IMG/VR virus record: IMGVR_UViG_3300020202_000090 | Coordinates: 1-53,195 of that record | Length of the DNA: 53,195 bases | Strand: one strand, 5' to 3' | Origin: a virus | Taxonomy: Duplodnaviria; Caudoviricetes | In this document: one piece after another, positions 9,158-19,454 of the stretch | Numbering within the stretch: the stretch's first letter is position 1 | Layout of the letters: every line of letters starts with the position of its first letter | Translations under genes and position numbers: made by a program | The notes under the pieces: model-generated | What the model saw: only the letters and a program-made list of their open reading frames with translations | What the model was told of the DNA's origin: nothing | The model's database searches: none

Positions 9158-10062
9158 TTTTTTCCTGCATCATTCCTTGCTCCACTAAAGATTTAAAATC
9201 TCATAAATATAAAGAATTAGTTGATTCCATTCGCGCTCAAGACTTCCCTCAAGATCAGATTGAAATCATCACCGTCACGGAAGGTGATTCAGAGTCTGCT
9301 AAAGGGATTGGTATTAAAATGGCCACGGGAGAGATCTGCGCCATGTTTTGTGCGGATAACTATATCACCGAAAAAGATCTTTTTAACAGAGTTAGATATT
9401 TTCTTCAGTTTAGTTTTTTATCTGCTGTTTATCCGTGGCGTTATTCTTATAAAGAAAATGATAATTCTCTTAATAGATACTTCTCTTTAATCGGAGGGAA
9501 TGATCCGGTTTGTTACTACATAGGAAAGAATGACAGATACCCACATGTAGAAGAGCTTGAAATAAATACAAATTACCCAAAAAGTTTCGGCTGTAACGGT
9601 TTTTTCTACAAGGCTGATCAAATTAAAAATACTAATCTTGATAACTATTATCCAATGGATAACGCTTTAGAAGTTCCAGCTGCAATAAGGGCTTTTCCAT
9701 CATCAGGTATTTGGCATAGAACTTCGGACGATTTAATCAGCTTTTTAAAAAAGAGGTATAAATATGCAAGAGACCTTTACTGTGACCGTACAAATCGACG
9801 GTGGCGTATGCTTGACACAAAAGAAGATTACTGGAACCTTTTCCTCTTTGTCATATTTACTCTTACAGTTATCCAACCTCTTTCGGTCAGCCTCAAAGGA
9901 TTTAGAAAAATCAGAGACTTCGCCTGGTTCTGGCATTGGCCAGTCTGCGTTGGATTCCTCATTACCTACTCGATCTTAACCATTAGAAACCTATTCAAGT
10001 ATGGTGCTTTATTCCAAAAGTCTCCATCGTCATTCCGACATACAAGCGTCCAGACAGCTTAA
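9154..10062 (+). CDS. GT2 glycosyltransferase with C-terminal TM helices
   Basis: SCIIP..SIRAQDFPQDQIEII..ATGEICAMFCADN; GCNGF. Confidence 0.8.
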   Translation: MIFSCIIPCSTKDLKSHKYKELVDSIRAQDFPQDQIEIITVTEGDSESAKGIGIKMATGEICAMFCADNYITEKDLFNRVRYFLQFSFLSAVYPWRYSYKENDNSLNRYFSLIGGNDPVCYYIGKNDRYPHVEELEINTNYPKSFGCNGFFYKADQIKNTNLDNYYPMDNALEVPAAIRAFPSSGIWHRTSDDLISFLKKRYKYARDLYCDRTNRRWRMLDTKEDYWNLFLFVIFTLTVIQPLSVSLKGFRKIRDFAWFWHWPVCVGFLITYSILTIRNLFKYGALFQKSPSSFRHTSVQTA

Positions 10063-10793
10063 AACGATGTCTAGACAGTCTAAACAAACAGTCCTTCAAA
10101 GATTACGAGGTGATCGTTGAAGGAGAAGAAGGACCGCTTGCAGCCATTCGAAATAAAGGGGCCAGAAGAGCCTCTGGAGAATATATCGTCTTTATTGATG
10201 ACGACGTTTTCACAACTAGAGACTGGCTCAAATCCATTGTTGAAACCTTTGAAAACGAGTCTGTTGATGGCGTGTCAGGACCTGCAATCATGCGGTTACA
10301 GCATAAACGCAACCGGGACCTGTTCCGTTTCCCACGAATCAAATTCTTATACGATTTATTATTTCTTGATGGGCTCGGACGTTTGCCTGGCCATTTCACA
10401 GCCTCGGGCGCTTGGACCACGGGAGCCTCAGAAGCCCTCTGTTCCTACGAAGGAGAAGTCCATTTTCTCGAAGCTTGCAACATGGCTTTTAGGCGTTCTA
10501 CGTTTGAAAAGTTAGGAGGATTTGATGAAACCTACAAAGGTGTCGGTGATTGGTCAGAGCCAGATCTTTGTTTTAGAGCCAGAGCGAACGGATCTCGACT
10601 TTACTTTAATCCACGAGCAAAACTGTACCATGAACCATCCACAAGCGGAGCATTCTTCAAGCGTAACGTGGATTCCAGAAATCGGATGGATAATTACTTG
10701 CTCTTTTCACGGCGCTGGATCAAGCCGTGCTTTAAACACACGCTCTACAAGATCTTCATGACTCTCTACTATGCGATTAAAGCCATTAAATGA
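10011..10793 (+). CDS. GT2 glycosyltransferase (probable ATT start)
   Basis: In-frame upstream PKVSIVIPTYKRP..CLDSLNKQ; ASGEYIVFIDDD; ACNMAFRR..GGFDE. Confidence 0.85.
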   Translation: MPKVSIVIPTYKRPDSLKRCLDSLNKQSFKDYEVIVEGEEGPLAAIRNKGARRASGEYIVFIDDDVFTTRDWLKSIVETFENESVDGVSGPAIMRLQHKRNRDLFRFPRIKFLYDLLFLDGLGRLPGHFTASGAWTTGASEALCSYEGEVHFLEACNMAFRRSTFEKLGGFDETYKGVGDWSEPDLCFRARANGSRLYFNPRAKLYHEPSTSGAFFKRNVDSRNRMDNYLLFSRRWIKPCFKHTLYKIFMTLYYAIKAIK

Positions 10794-11346
10794 CACTGTC
10801 ATCATTAAACATGATGCGAATACTGTTTACGACGACAATCCAGAAATTCACAGGATTGTTAAAGAAGGCCTTATCCACATACCGGAAAAGAACTCCATTA
10901 TTAAACGAAGCGAATATGCGGTTGTCGAGATGGTGGGACCGAAATGTAAATTACCTATTTATGCAGGACAAAGAATCGTTCTTAGAAGGTTCTTCGACGA
11001 AAAGAAAGACTCTTACTTTGAATACGATGGGGAACAGTATCGTTTTATTTTAGAACATTACATTACGGGATTGGAGATAGCTATGAAGATTAAGCCAGTC
11101 AAAAGAAATATTCTAGTAAAGATTTTTCAAAAAGATGAGGTTACTCAAGGCGGCATCATTCTTCCTGATACAGCTAAAGAAGAGAAGCATCAAGGAACCG
11201 TAGTTGCCTTAGCGGATGATGTTAAAGAAGATGTCAAAGAAGGGGATACTGTCATCTTTGGAAAGTATGCTGGCGAAGAGATCATGATTTGGAATGTAAA
11301 ACATAAAATGATCTCAGTAGACGATGTGCTTGCGGTGCTTGAATGA
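10771..11346 (+). CDS. groES: Tandem two-domain GroES/Cpn10 co-chaperonin
   Basis: Domain 1 LKPLNDTVII..VGP; domain 2 IKPVKRNILV..TQGGIILPDTAKE..VKEGDTVIFGKYAG. Confidence 0.85.
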   Translation: MRLKPLNDTVIIKHDANTVYDDNPEIHRIVKEGLIHIPEKNSIIKRSEYAVVEMVGPKCKLPIYAGQRIVLRRFFDEKKDSYFEYDGEQYRFILEHYITGLEIAMKIKPVKRNILVKIFQKDEVTQGGIILPDTAKEEKHQGTVVALADDVKEDVKEGDTVIFGKYAGEEIMIWNVKHKMISVDDVLAVLE

Positions 11347-11576
11347 TCAAAGTTGCCGCTCATTTTTTAATGAACCACGTCGAGCCTTTAATAGACAAAC
11401 TCAGTGACGCCTTATGGTTTATTGATCAAAAAGGTATTCCTATTAATGAAAAGTCCATCAGAAAAGCGTTTAACAAATTAATTGAAAGCCAGCTTGAAAT
11501 CGAGTTTATCAGAGGAATTTTCAATCTAGCTATTGTGATCATTATCTGCTTAACCGTTTACATGATTATTCGATGA
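11343..11576 (+). CDS. Hypothetical protein with C-terminal TM helix
   Basis: ATGA overlaps on both sides. Confidence 0.55.
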   Translation: MIKVAAHFLMNHVEPLIDKLSDALWFIDQKGIPINEKSIRKAFNKLIESQLEIEFIRGIFNLAIVIIICLTVYMIIR

Positions 11577-12259
11577 AAGATCTTTCCATAGTTATTCCAG
11601 TATTAAACGAAGATCACTCAGTTGTTGAAAATTTAAGGAAGTCTTTAGTCCGTAAAGGCGCTGAGGTGATTATCGTAGATGACGGTTCTAAAAACCCATT
11701 TCCACATTCGATTAAACACGGGGTTAATTTCGGATACGGATCAGCATTAATGACTGGAATCAAGAATGCTACCAGACCTTTAATCATGACGATCGATGGA
11801 GACGGACAGCATGGTAATGAAGAAGCTAATCGACTTTATAAAGCTTACAAACTTATCGGGGAGCCGGACATGTTAGTTGGTGTTCGGAGAATCAAGAGCG
11901 AGAAATTAGTGAGGTTTCTTGGGAGGAAGTTTCTTAATTGGATCGCTTCCTTGATTTGCATGGTCTGGCTTCCCGACCTTAACTCTGGAGCTAGGATTTT
12001 CAAAAAAGACTTAGCCATTGGTTATTTTCCAATCCTCTGTAAGACATTCTCTTTTACCACAAGCATTACGATTTCCATGATGTGCGATAACTACAGAGTA
12101 GAGTTTTTCCCCATCAGAGTAGAAGACAGAGCCCACGGAAAGAGTCACGTAAACGTGATTAAACACGGATTTATTACTCTTTTTTACATTTTAAGAAACG
12201 GAATTGCTTTAAGAACCAGGAGACTTCGTAGTTGGATCAGGCCCCTTTATTCACGGTAG
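11573..12259 (+). CDS. Polyprenol-phosphate glycosyltransferase (DPM synthase/GtrB-like GT2)
   Basis: SIVIPVLNE; VDDGS; NFGYGSAL; DGDGQH; DLNSGARIF. Confidence 0.85.
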   Translation: MKDLSIVIPVLNEDHSVVENLRKSLVRKGAEVIIVDDGSKNPFPHSIKHGVNFGYGSALMTGIKNATRPLIMTIDGDGQHGNEEANRLYKAYKLIGEPDMLVGVRRIKSEKLVRFLGRKFLNWIASLICMVWLPDLNSGARIFKKDLAIGYFPILCKTFSFTTSITISMMCDNYRVEFFPIRVEDRAHGKSHVNVIKHGFITLFYILRNGIALRTRRLRSWIRPLYSR

Positions 12260-12783
12260 ACCTGGAAGACTGGAATCATGCCTTACATGTAACCAAGGGT
12301 AAGCATTCAAGTGCACCAATTGTGAAAGATTATCTTTTACCGATTCTTAAGAAGAATAAAGTGAGAGCTATTTTTTACGTTTTGGGAAGATTTAAAAAGG
12401 AAAATGAATCTCTCGTTGAAGCTATAAGTGATGACGGCCACATTATGGGTTCACATGGACACTATCATGACCATAATGAAACCATCACTCCAAGAATTAG
12501 TTATTACACCCATCATTATAGATCTCCTTATTGGGACACAACTCCTATGCCCTGGCCCCCGAGTGGAGGTTTTTTCTTTCGGGCACTTCCGTACGCTTGG
12601 ACTCGGTGGGCTACTTTAAAATCAGGTGTATTTTGGATTCATCCTCATGACTTAGACGAAGAACATCCCAAACTTAAAAATCCATTACTAAATTGGAAGA
12701 GACATGTCGGGCTTAAAACAGCCAGAAAAAAACTAGAGAGACTTTTAAGTGAAGTTAAATTCGGAACACCATCACATAGCTAG
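12232..12783 (+). CDS. NodB-type polysaccharide deacetylase (compact)
   Basis: FTVDLEDW; AIFYVLG; GSHGHYH; YRSP; GGFFFR; IHPHDLD. Confidence 0.8.
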   Translation: MDQAPLFTVDLEDWNHALHVTKGKHSSAPIVKDYLLPILKKNKVRAIFYVLGRFKKENESLVEAISDDGHIMGSHGHYHDHNETITPRISYYTHHYRSPYWDTTPMPWPPSGGFFFRALPYAWTRWATLKSGVFWIHPHDLDEEHPKLKNPLLNWKRHVGLKTARKKLERLLSEVKFGTPSHS

Positions 12784-12875
12784 GACCGATCTTTTACAGG
12801 CTATTTGGATACCTAAACAAAATAAGGTTATTTGGATTAATTACTGTGAATGTGGATGTAAATGGAGGGAAGTAT

Positions 12876-13625
12876 ATGAGTCACAACCATCCTAAAGGAA
12901 TAAAGGGCGAACCTCATGAAGAAGAACTTGTCCAAGATTACGTTTCCAGACTCTATCCAAAAAGATACAGCGGAACAGGTTTTCTCTACCACGCGAGAAT
13001 CGTTACAGAGATGCTTGACGGGCTCAAGTTCCGTGATGGACGCCATTCTGACAAAGTGCTTGATGTTGGCTGTGGGATTGGTTTTGTTAGTCAGCTTTAT
13101 CCTAATTTCGATATTACTGGGATCGATATTTCTGAAGGTATGCTTAGTCACAATCCTTATAAATGGATTAAAGCTCCTGCTGAATCTATTCCGTTCCCCG
13201 ATAACACCTTTGATTTTGTTGTATGTCGTAGCTTGTTACATCACTTGGAAGTTCCTTCAGATGGACTTAGAGAAATGGTCCGCGTGCTTAAGCCAGGCGG
13301 AAAGTGGGTCTGCTGGGACCCAAATTATAACCTGCTTTCTGAGAGCTTTAGAGCCGTAGCAAGACTCACTCCGAGGTTTTCTCATATCCACAAGAATTTT
13401 AAGGATAAGGACCTCTACCGTATGATAGAGGAGTCAGGCCTCAAGATCACCTCTAAGAAGTACATCGGTTTTCTCGCTTACCCGTTAATTGGATTTCCAG
13501 ACATTATGAATTTAAATCTACCCATCTGGTTCGGAAGAACGTTAATGGCCATTGATGATTTTATTGGAAAAACGCCATTCAAAGGAATGGCTTGGAGTTT
13601 GATGGTAAAGGCAGAGAAGAAATGA
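12876..13625 (+). CDS. Class I SAM-dependent methyltransferase
   Basis: VLDVGCGIG; GIDISEGML; PFPDNTFDFV; RVLKPGG; GGAGG RBS. Confidence 0.9.
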   Translation: MSHNHPKGIKGEPHEEELVQDYVSRLYPKRYSGTGFLYHARIVTEMLDGLKFRDGRHSDKVLDVGCGIGFVSQLYPNFDITGIDISEGMLSHNPYKWIKAPAESIPFPDNTFDFVVCRSLLHHLEVPSDGLREMVRVLKPGGKWVCWDPNYNLLSESFRAVARLTPRFSHIHKNFKDKDLYRMIEESGLKITSKKYIGFLAYPLIGFPDIMNLNLPIWFGRTLMAIDDFIGKTPFKGMAWSLMVKAEKK

Positions 13626-13771
13626 AATCAGAAAATACACGACTGAATGTAAAAATTCCTAAAGATGTTAAAAAATCAATAAAGATTCACTGTGTAGAAA
13701 ATGGGTTGAGTATAAAGGATTTTACTATTGAGGTTTTTAAAACATACATTCGTGATAAGGCTAATTTATGA
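13622..13771 (+). CDS. Ribbon-helix-helix DNA-binding protein (49 aa)
   Basis: Hand-translated MKSENTRLNVKIPKDVKKSIKIHCVENGLSIKDF; ATGA overlaps on both sides. Confidence 0.7.
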   Translation: MKSENTRLNVKIPKDVKKSIKIHCVENGLSIKDFTIEVFKTYIRDKANL

Positions 13772-15366
13772 GTTCAATTTACGGTGATAGAGAAGTTCAG
13801 AGAATCGGTAAAACCTTAACCATAGGCCGAGAGCTTGGCTATGAAAAGGTTAAATTGGAGGATCAGGAATTTGATAAATCTCCAAAAGAGATCCGAATCC
13901 TCTTTATTAACCCACCAGTAGATTTCTCGGTTTTTTATGCAGATATGGACTTATCAGACACGAAATCTTCGAGTCCTCCAATTGGCATTCTCCACTTAGC
14001 TTCTATCACAAGAGAGTACGGTTATCAGGTTAAGTTACTCGATGCACACGCGGAAGGTTTGAATATCGAATCTATTATCCAAAGAATAGATGATTTTAAA
14101 CCGGATATTGTCTGTCTTACAGCTATGACCATTATGATTGATGCAGCTGGCGAGATCGCAAAGGCTGTTAAGGAATATAACAAAGAAATTATCACCATGA
14201 TCGGAGGCGTTCATTTAACCGCTGAGCCAAGACTTACACTGGAAGAATATCCACAGTTTGATTTTGGAGTGGTCGGTGAAGGTGAGGTTGTAATTTTAGA
14301 TTTTCTCGATCACCTAAGATTAGGAAAAGACTTGGCTAATGTGAGGTCTTTGGTTTGGAGAAATCATCAAACTAAAGAAATTACAGTCAATCCCAGAAGA
14401 GATTTTTATAAAGACTTAGACCATTTCCCTTTTCCAGCTTTTGACCTTGTTGGTGATAAGCTTTTTTCTCACTATCGTTTAAGTGTTTTTGGAACCAAGC
14501 AATTTAGATCTATAGGATTAGTCACCAGTCGTGGCTGTACAGGGATGTGCTCCTTTTGTGATCTTGGGGTTGTTGGTCGTGGTTACAGAATCATGACTGC
14601 TGAATATTTAATTCAGCATCTTAAAGAACTCCACGCTACTTACGGCGTAAATGACCTTCTTTTCTATGACGACATGTTCACTGGAAATCGAAAACGTCTT
14701 GAAACTTTCTGTAGAGCAATGATCGACGCTGGAACTCCGTTTACTTGGAGCTGCTGTTCCAGAGTTGACTTCGTTCAGTACTTAGAGATTTTAGAACTAA
14801 TGCGAGATGCTGGGTGCCACACCATAGAATTTGGTGTCGAGTCTGGGTGTCAAAGAATCCTAGATTCGATGAGAAAGAACGTCACCAAAGAACGAATAAG
14901 AGAAGTAATCGACAAAGCTACAAAAGCTGGGATTACCACTAAAGCAAATTTTATATTAGGCCATCTCGGAGAAACTCATGACTCCATCATGGAGACTATC
15001 GAGTTTGCCAAATCTTTAAATGTTAATTATGTCCAGCATACACATCTAGTTCCACTTCCTGGGTCTGAGACTTTCGAGCTCGCCAGTAAATATGGAACCT
15101 TTGATCCTAGCTGGAAGAAAATGAACACTCTTTTAATTAACTTCATACCTACTGGAATGACAAGAAAAGATCTTGTTTGGTACTCCAAGAAATTCTGGAG
15201 AAGCTTCTATTTAAGACCAAAAATTGTCTGGCAAGAGTTTAAAAAGATAAAAGGTTTAGAAGACTTAAAAAGGCTTTGGCTAGCAATTAAAAGTTTTTTT
15301 AAGGTTACTTTGTTAAGGAAAAGTTCACTTAGAACACATAGCGGAAAGGTTGGGTTGATTCATTGA
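13768..15366 (+). CDS. Cobalamin-binding radical SAM enzyme
   Basis: LFINPP..PPIGILHLA..GGVHLT..GEGE; TSRGCTGMCSFC; GVESG. Confidence 0.9.
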   Translation: MSSIYGDREVQRIGKTLTIGRELGYEKVKLEDQEFDKSPKEIRILFINPPVDFSVFYADMDLSDTKSSSPPIGILHLASITREYGYQVKLLDAHAEGLNIESIIQRIDDFKPDIVCLTAMTIMIDAAGEIAKAVKEYNKEIITMIGGVHLTAEPRLTLEEYPQFDFGVVGEGEVVILDFLDHLRLGKDLANVRSLVWRNHQTKEITVNPRRDFYKDLDHFPFPAFDLVGDKLFSHYRLSVFGTKQFRSIGLVTSRGCTGMCSFCDLGVVGRGYRIMTAEYLIQHLKELHATYGVNDLLFYDDMFTGNRKRLETFCRAMIDAGTPFTWSCCSRVDFVQYLEILELMRDAGCHTIEFGVESGCQRILDSMRKNVTKERIREVIDKATKAGITTKANFILGHLGETHDSIMETIEFAKSLNVNYVQHTHLVPLPGSETFELASKYGTFDPSWKKMNTLLINFIPTGMTRKDLVWYSKKFWRSFYLRPKIVWQEFKKIKGLEDLKRLWLAIKSFFKVTLLRKSSLRTHSGKVGLIH

Positions 15367-15590
15367 AAAAAGGATGCGAAATTTGTTTAAAATTTAGAAA
15401 ACAATGTATTCATTATCTACATGCTCTTTTAGAGCATTCCAGGGAAGTTGAGAAAAAATCAAAAAACGGCGTTGGCCACTTAAAAGGGGTTGCATGTTCG
15501 CATAAGCTAGGCGTTGCCTTGGATATGTTGCTTAATTTTAATTTGGGTTGCCATGATTTTGGTGATAAAGAAAAAGAATGTAAATATTAA
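15363..15590 (+). CDS. Cys/His-rich hypothetical protein
   Basis: Coupled to neighbouring genes. Confidence 0.4.
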   Translation: MKKGCEICLKFRKQCIHYLHALLEHSREVEKKSKNGVGHLKGVACSHKLGVALDMLLNFNLGCHDFGDKEKECKY

Positions 15591-15772
15591 TGGTAGAAGA
15601 ATTTAATTATTTAAAGAAGTCCATCGGTCCTCCTGGGGAAATGCCGGAAACATGTGGATCTTGTTTTAGCAAGATTTTGCTTCCAGACAAACTAAGCGTT
15701 TCTGTCGGATGGTATTTTGTTAAAGGAAAGTACAAGTGCAACAAATGTCATGGAGATATATTTAACGAATGA
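15590..15772 (+). CDS. Small zinc-binding protein
   Basis: CGSC..CNKC. Confidence 0.45.
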   Translation: MVEEFNYLKKSIGPPGEMPETCGSCFSKILLPDKLSVSVGWYFVKGKYKCNKCHGDIFNE

Positions 15773-17094
15773 AAATTTTATTTTGCAATCCTCCAAGTCC
15801 TGACGGCTACATCTATATCAGGGATATTAATAGATCAGGAAGACGTTCAAAGGAGAGAACCATCTGGCCCCAAACGTCTCTTGCAATGCTTGCATCTGTA
15901 TTCCCCGAAGATGATGTTCTTATTATTGACTGCATTGCCGAAGGAATTAGCTACAAAAACCTTTTTGAACGTATGGCGGCATTTGGACCTGATTGGGTCG
16001 TCTTCAATCCGGTCAGCACCACGATTACTCATGACATGATAGTAGCACATTATGGTAAATCACTAGGAGCAAAAACAGTATCTGTCAGCCCACACACAAA
16101 GGCGTTGAGGGAGGAATCACTTGAACGATATAAATCACTTGACCATGCAGTTGATTATACAAGGGGAGGAACCGAACCAGAATATAATCTCAGAGAACTT
16201 ATTAAAGGCATTCCAGCAGATAGAACACGATTTGAAGATCTACCACCGGCACGTCAAGACTTATTGCCCATCCAAAAATATAGCTTACCATTTATCGGTC
16301 GTGGCTACACCTTTGTTGTTACGTCCCGAGGATGCCCCTGGAAATGTATCTACTGCCGACAAACCGTAATGAACGAATCGAAAGTTCGCTATCGTCCCGT
16401 CGAAACCGTCATCGAAGAAATCAGCCGTTATAAATTAACCAATATAGCCTTTCATGCTGACACAGCAACCATGAACAAAAAGTGGATCTACGACTTTTGT
16501 GATCAGGTTGAAAAACTTCCATTCAAAGTAAGAATTGTAACAAATTCACGTGTAGATACGGTTGATTTAGATATGCTTAAACGAATGAAACAGGTTGGAT
16601 TTTGGATGATCTGCTTTGGTACAGAGTCTGGAAATAATAAGGTTTTAGAAATGAACAAAAAGGAGGCAACTGTTGAACAAGCGCGAGAAGCTAATAAAGC
16701 TGCTAAAAGAGCAGGCCTTAGAGTATGGAATTATTTCATGCTTGGACTGCATGGCGATACAAAGTCTAGTATGGAAGATACTATTAAACTTTCACTCGAA
16801 CTCCCATCAGACATTGTCAACTTCGCTATCTCTGCCCCTTACCCAGGGACTGAGTGGGGGAAAATTGCAGAAGAAAAAGGATGGATGGTTGATAAACGTT
16901 GGGAAGCGTACGATCAGAATTACTCTGCTCAAGTAAGTCAGCCGGATTGTCCGGTTGATCTTGTTAAGAAGATGCAAAAGAAAGCTTATTTTAAATGGTA
17001 TACATCCTGGCGCGGAGCCAAATTTTTTCTTAATTCTTTTCGGCCTGAATATATGGACTATTTCATTAAAACCATAGGAGACCATTTGAGATGA
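15769..17094 (+). CDS. Cobalamin-binding radical SAM enzyme (HpnJ/BchE-like architecture)
   Basis: KILFCNPP..IWPQTSLAMLA; TSRGCPWKCIYC; FGTESG; PYPGT. Confidence 0.88.
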   Translation: MKILFCNPPSPDGYIYIRDINRSGRRSKERTIWPQTSLAMLASVFPEDDVLIIDCIAEGISYKNLFERMAAFGPDWVVFNPVSTTITHDMIVAHYGKSLGAKTVSVSPHTKALREESLERYKSLDHAVDYTRGGTEPEYNLRELIKGIPADRTRFEDLPPARQDLLPIQKYSLPFIGRGYTFVVTSRGCPWKCIYCRQTVMNESKVRYRPVETVIEEISRYKLTNIAFHADTATMNKKWIYDFCDQVEKLPFKVRIVTNSRVDTVDLDMLKRMKQVGFWMICFGTESGNNKVLEMNKKEATVEQAREANKAAKRAGLRVWNYFMLGLHGDTKSSMEDTIKLSLELPSDIVNFAISAPYPGTEWGKIAEEKGWMVDKRWEAYDQNYSAQVSQPDCPVDLVKKMQKKAYFKWYTSWRGAKFFLNSFRPEYMDYFIKTIGDHLR

Positions 17095-17212
17095 CATGGA
17101 AAGATTTTAAGGATAAGTGCGAAATGCAAGGCATTAAAGATGATGATAATATTTGGTACATAGACATTTCTGATAAATTTTTTGAATGTCAGTTAAGAGA
17201 TGGGGATTGGGT

Positions 17213-17407
17213 TATATGTTAAACGAGCATTTAATCAGAGAAATTGATAGGTTAGAGGAAATCGGATTTGAAGCTTTAGAAAAAGAAGCTAAAAAAGTCA
17301 GATTGTATATTGAAAGATGTTCTAAAGATCCTGCGATTTATGGGGATATGAAATATCGAAAAGAATACTTAGCTGAAATAAAAAACAGACTCAAAAAATA
17401 CGAATGA
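17213..17407 (+). CDS. Hypothetical helical protein
   Basis: ATGA overlap with next gene; start uncertain. Confidence 0.4.
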   Translation, partial: YMLNEHLIREIDRLEEIGFEALEKEAKKVRLYIERCSKDPAIYGDMKYRKEYLAEIKNRLKKYE

Positions 17408-18291
17408 AGGTAACTTTATATGCCCAGAAACTCAAAAATCTCCACCCGTGGTTATACAAACTCGGCGCCCAAGCCTGGATCGATTATAAATTCCCAAGAC
17501 ATCTATTCATTGAAACCACAGCGGCCTGCAATCTCCGATGTGATTACTGTCCTAGGACCAGGATCAACAACCACATGGACTTCGATGTCTTCCGAGCCAT
17601 TATTGATGAATCCTCCAGATATGGTGCGAGGTCGTTTAGTCTCCACCTCTTCGGAGAGCCGTTCCTCTACCCAAAAATATTTGAAGCAATTCATTACATT
17701 AAAGAAAAAAACAGAAAACACACTATTCTCCTTACAACAAACGGTACGCTTGTTGAACGATATCTTGATCGAATTATCGACTCCGGTATTGATAAGCTCA
17801 TCTGGAGCTGGAGGCCAGAAACAAAGTTCTCCAAAGAAACGAAAGAAAGATTAACGAAATGGGGAAGACTTACCGTAAGGATGATAAAAGGCGTCACGCC
17901 CCAAAACGCGTTCGAAGAGTGGGGAAACCATCCAGGTCTAGAGATCCGAGAACTCCACAACTACGGAGGAGACATATCACTGGAAAAATTTGGTGTAAGT
18001 TCCACGGCTGGCAAGAGGTGGCCTTGTTATCACCTTTGGTATGCCCCGGCTGTGAGCTGGAACGGAGACCTCCTCATATGCTGCTCCGACCCGCACAAGA
18101 AGGAAGTCCTAGGAAATATCCGGGACATGACCATATCCGACGCATGGCAGAAACTGAGCAAGATTAGAGAGAGTCATTTAAAAGGCAGGTTCGAAGGAAT
18201 CTGTAAAGGATGTGACGTTTGGAAATCGTATCCGCCGCACCACTTTTCTTGGCAGTATACAACTTCATCTTCTTCCGAAAATTCTATTTAA
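17404..18291 (+). CDS. Radical SAM enzyme with SPASM/twitch domain
   Basis: IETTAACNLRCDYC; FGEP; TTNG; PCYHLW..NGDLLICC..LGNI..CKGC. Confidence 0.9.
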   Translation: MKVTLYAQKLKNLHPWLYKLGAQAWIDYKFPRHLFIETTAACNLRCDYCPRTRINNHMDFDVFRAIIDESSRYGARSFSLHLFGEPFLYPKIFEAIHYIKEKNRKHTILLTTNGTLVERYLDRIIDSGIDKLIWSWRPETKFSKETKERLTKWGRLTVRMIKGVTPQNAFEEWGNHPGLEIRELHNYGGDISLEKFGVSSTAGKRWPCYHLWYAPAVSWNGDLLICCSDPHKKEVLGNIRDMTISDAWQKLSKIRESHLKGRFEGICKGCDVWKSYPPHHFSWQYTTSSSSENSI

Positions 18292-19454
18292 ATCCGTTTC
18301 TTAATTCGACGGGTGAGATGCAAAGCACGTTCTTACCTCAGATCTTATGGCAGGGACGAAAGTGGAGGAAATTTCAAGCCCCTCTAAAAGATTCGATATA
18401 TTACTATGAACCAGGGGCATTGCCTTTTCTAGCAACATTTTACCCACCTCAGATTCTTGTAGCAGTTTTAACAACTCTAATGTGTGTTGACGTTGCATTT
18501 GTTTTCTTGCAAATAACTCTTTTTTACCATTACTTTCTAAGCTCTCTTCTTTCATATCTTTTAATCCTCCAGTGGGCTGATCCTATTGTAGCACTTTTCG
18601 GCTCTATTTCATTAACCTATATGGCCTCTAGTATTCGGATTCAACACCCTTGTGCGGTTTACACCGTTTGCTGGATTCCTGGAATCTTTATAGGAGGGTG
18701 GATTGGGGCTGTAAGTTTAGGAATGGCTATCTTAGGAGGGTACTGGCCCATCCTGATTAACTTCCTTCCTATTATAGTAGGAGCTTATATCTTGTGGGGA
18801 TACCCCATTTGGCCCCTATTAATAGGAAGCGCACTTGCACTACCACAGATCATTTTGACCTTAAATTACTACCCTAGGTCAATCAGGACCTGGAAGAACA
18901 CCAGCAAAGCCGGAAAGGTCCCGGCATGGAAGTTTTTGGATGTTTTTTTAGGAGATAGAACCCACTGTAAAATTAACGATGTGTTCAGTTGGGAGATGTC
19001 TTGTTATTCGGGACTTGCTTTATTTCTAGCATTCTTTGGTTCCTCCACGGCTGCACTTGTGATGTTTATTTCCGCAATCCTTTCCATGACTTATTCTGTT
19101 TTTAGATTACCTTGCAGGATGCTTCATTTATTTTCATTTTGTTTGGTGTGGTGCGCTACTAGCGGACTTCAGAACCTAGACAATTCCTATACGATATTAA
19201 TTGTCTTAATTCAAGCCTTCCTCCTTCTTCGTAATGCGGATATTTACCCGTGGTATCCATTCGCAGAACCCATCCGTAAACCATCTTACTATTTTGAAAA
19301 GGAGTCCTATGATCTATCCAAGTTTCCCTACTTCACAGGATACTTCCACGAACGAGCAACTAAAGGATACACCGGTGGATTTTGTCTTAAAGAAACCGCG
19401 CTTCGTCACGGAATCACGAACCCGAACGGTGAAGGACTCCATGAAAGAAATTAG
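18219..19454 (+). CDS. YfhO-like GT-C membrane glycosyltransferase
   Basis: Polytopic; FLP..PL..YYY..GALPFLATFYPP after TM1; RLPCR. Confidence 0.65.
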   Translation: MEIVSAAPLFLAVYNFIFFRKFYLNPFLNSTGEMQSTFLPQILWQGRKWRKFQAPLKDSIYYYEPGALPFLATFYPPQILVAVLTTLMCVDVAFVFLQITLFYHYFLSSLLSYLLILQWADPIVALFGSISLTYMASSIRIQHPCAVYTVCWIPGIFIGGWIGAVSLGMAILGGYWPILINFLPIIVGAYILWGYPIWPLLIGSALALPQIILTLNYYPRSIRTWKNTSKAGKVPAWKFLDVFLGDRTHCKINDVFSWEMSCYSGLALFLAFFGSSTAALVMFISAILSMTYSVFRLPCRMLHLFSFCLVWCATSGLQNLDNSYTILIVLIQAFLLLRNADIYPWYPFAEPIRKPSYYFEKESYDLSKFPYFTGYFHERATKGYTGGFCLKETALRHGITNPNGEGLHERN

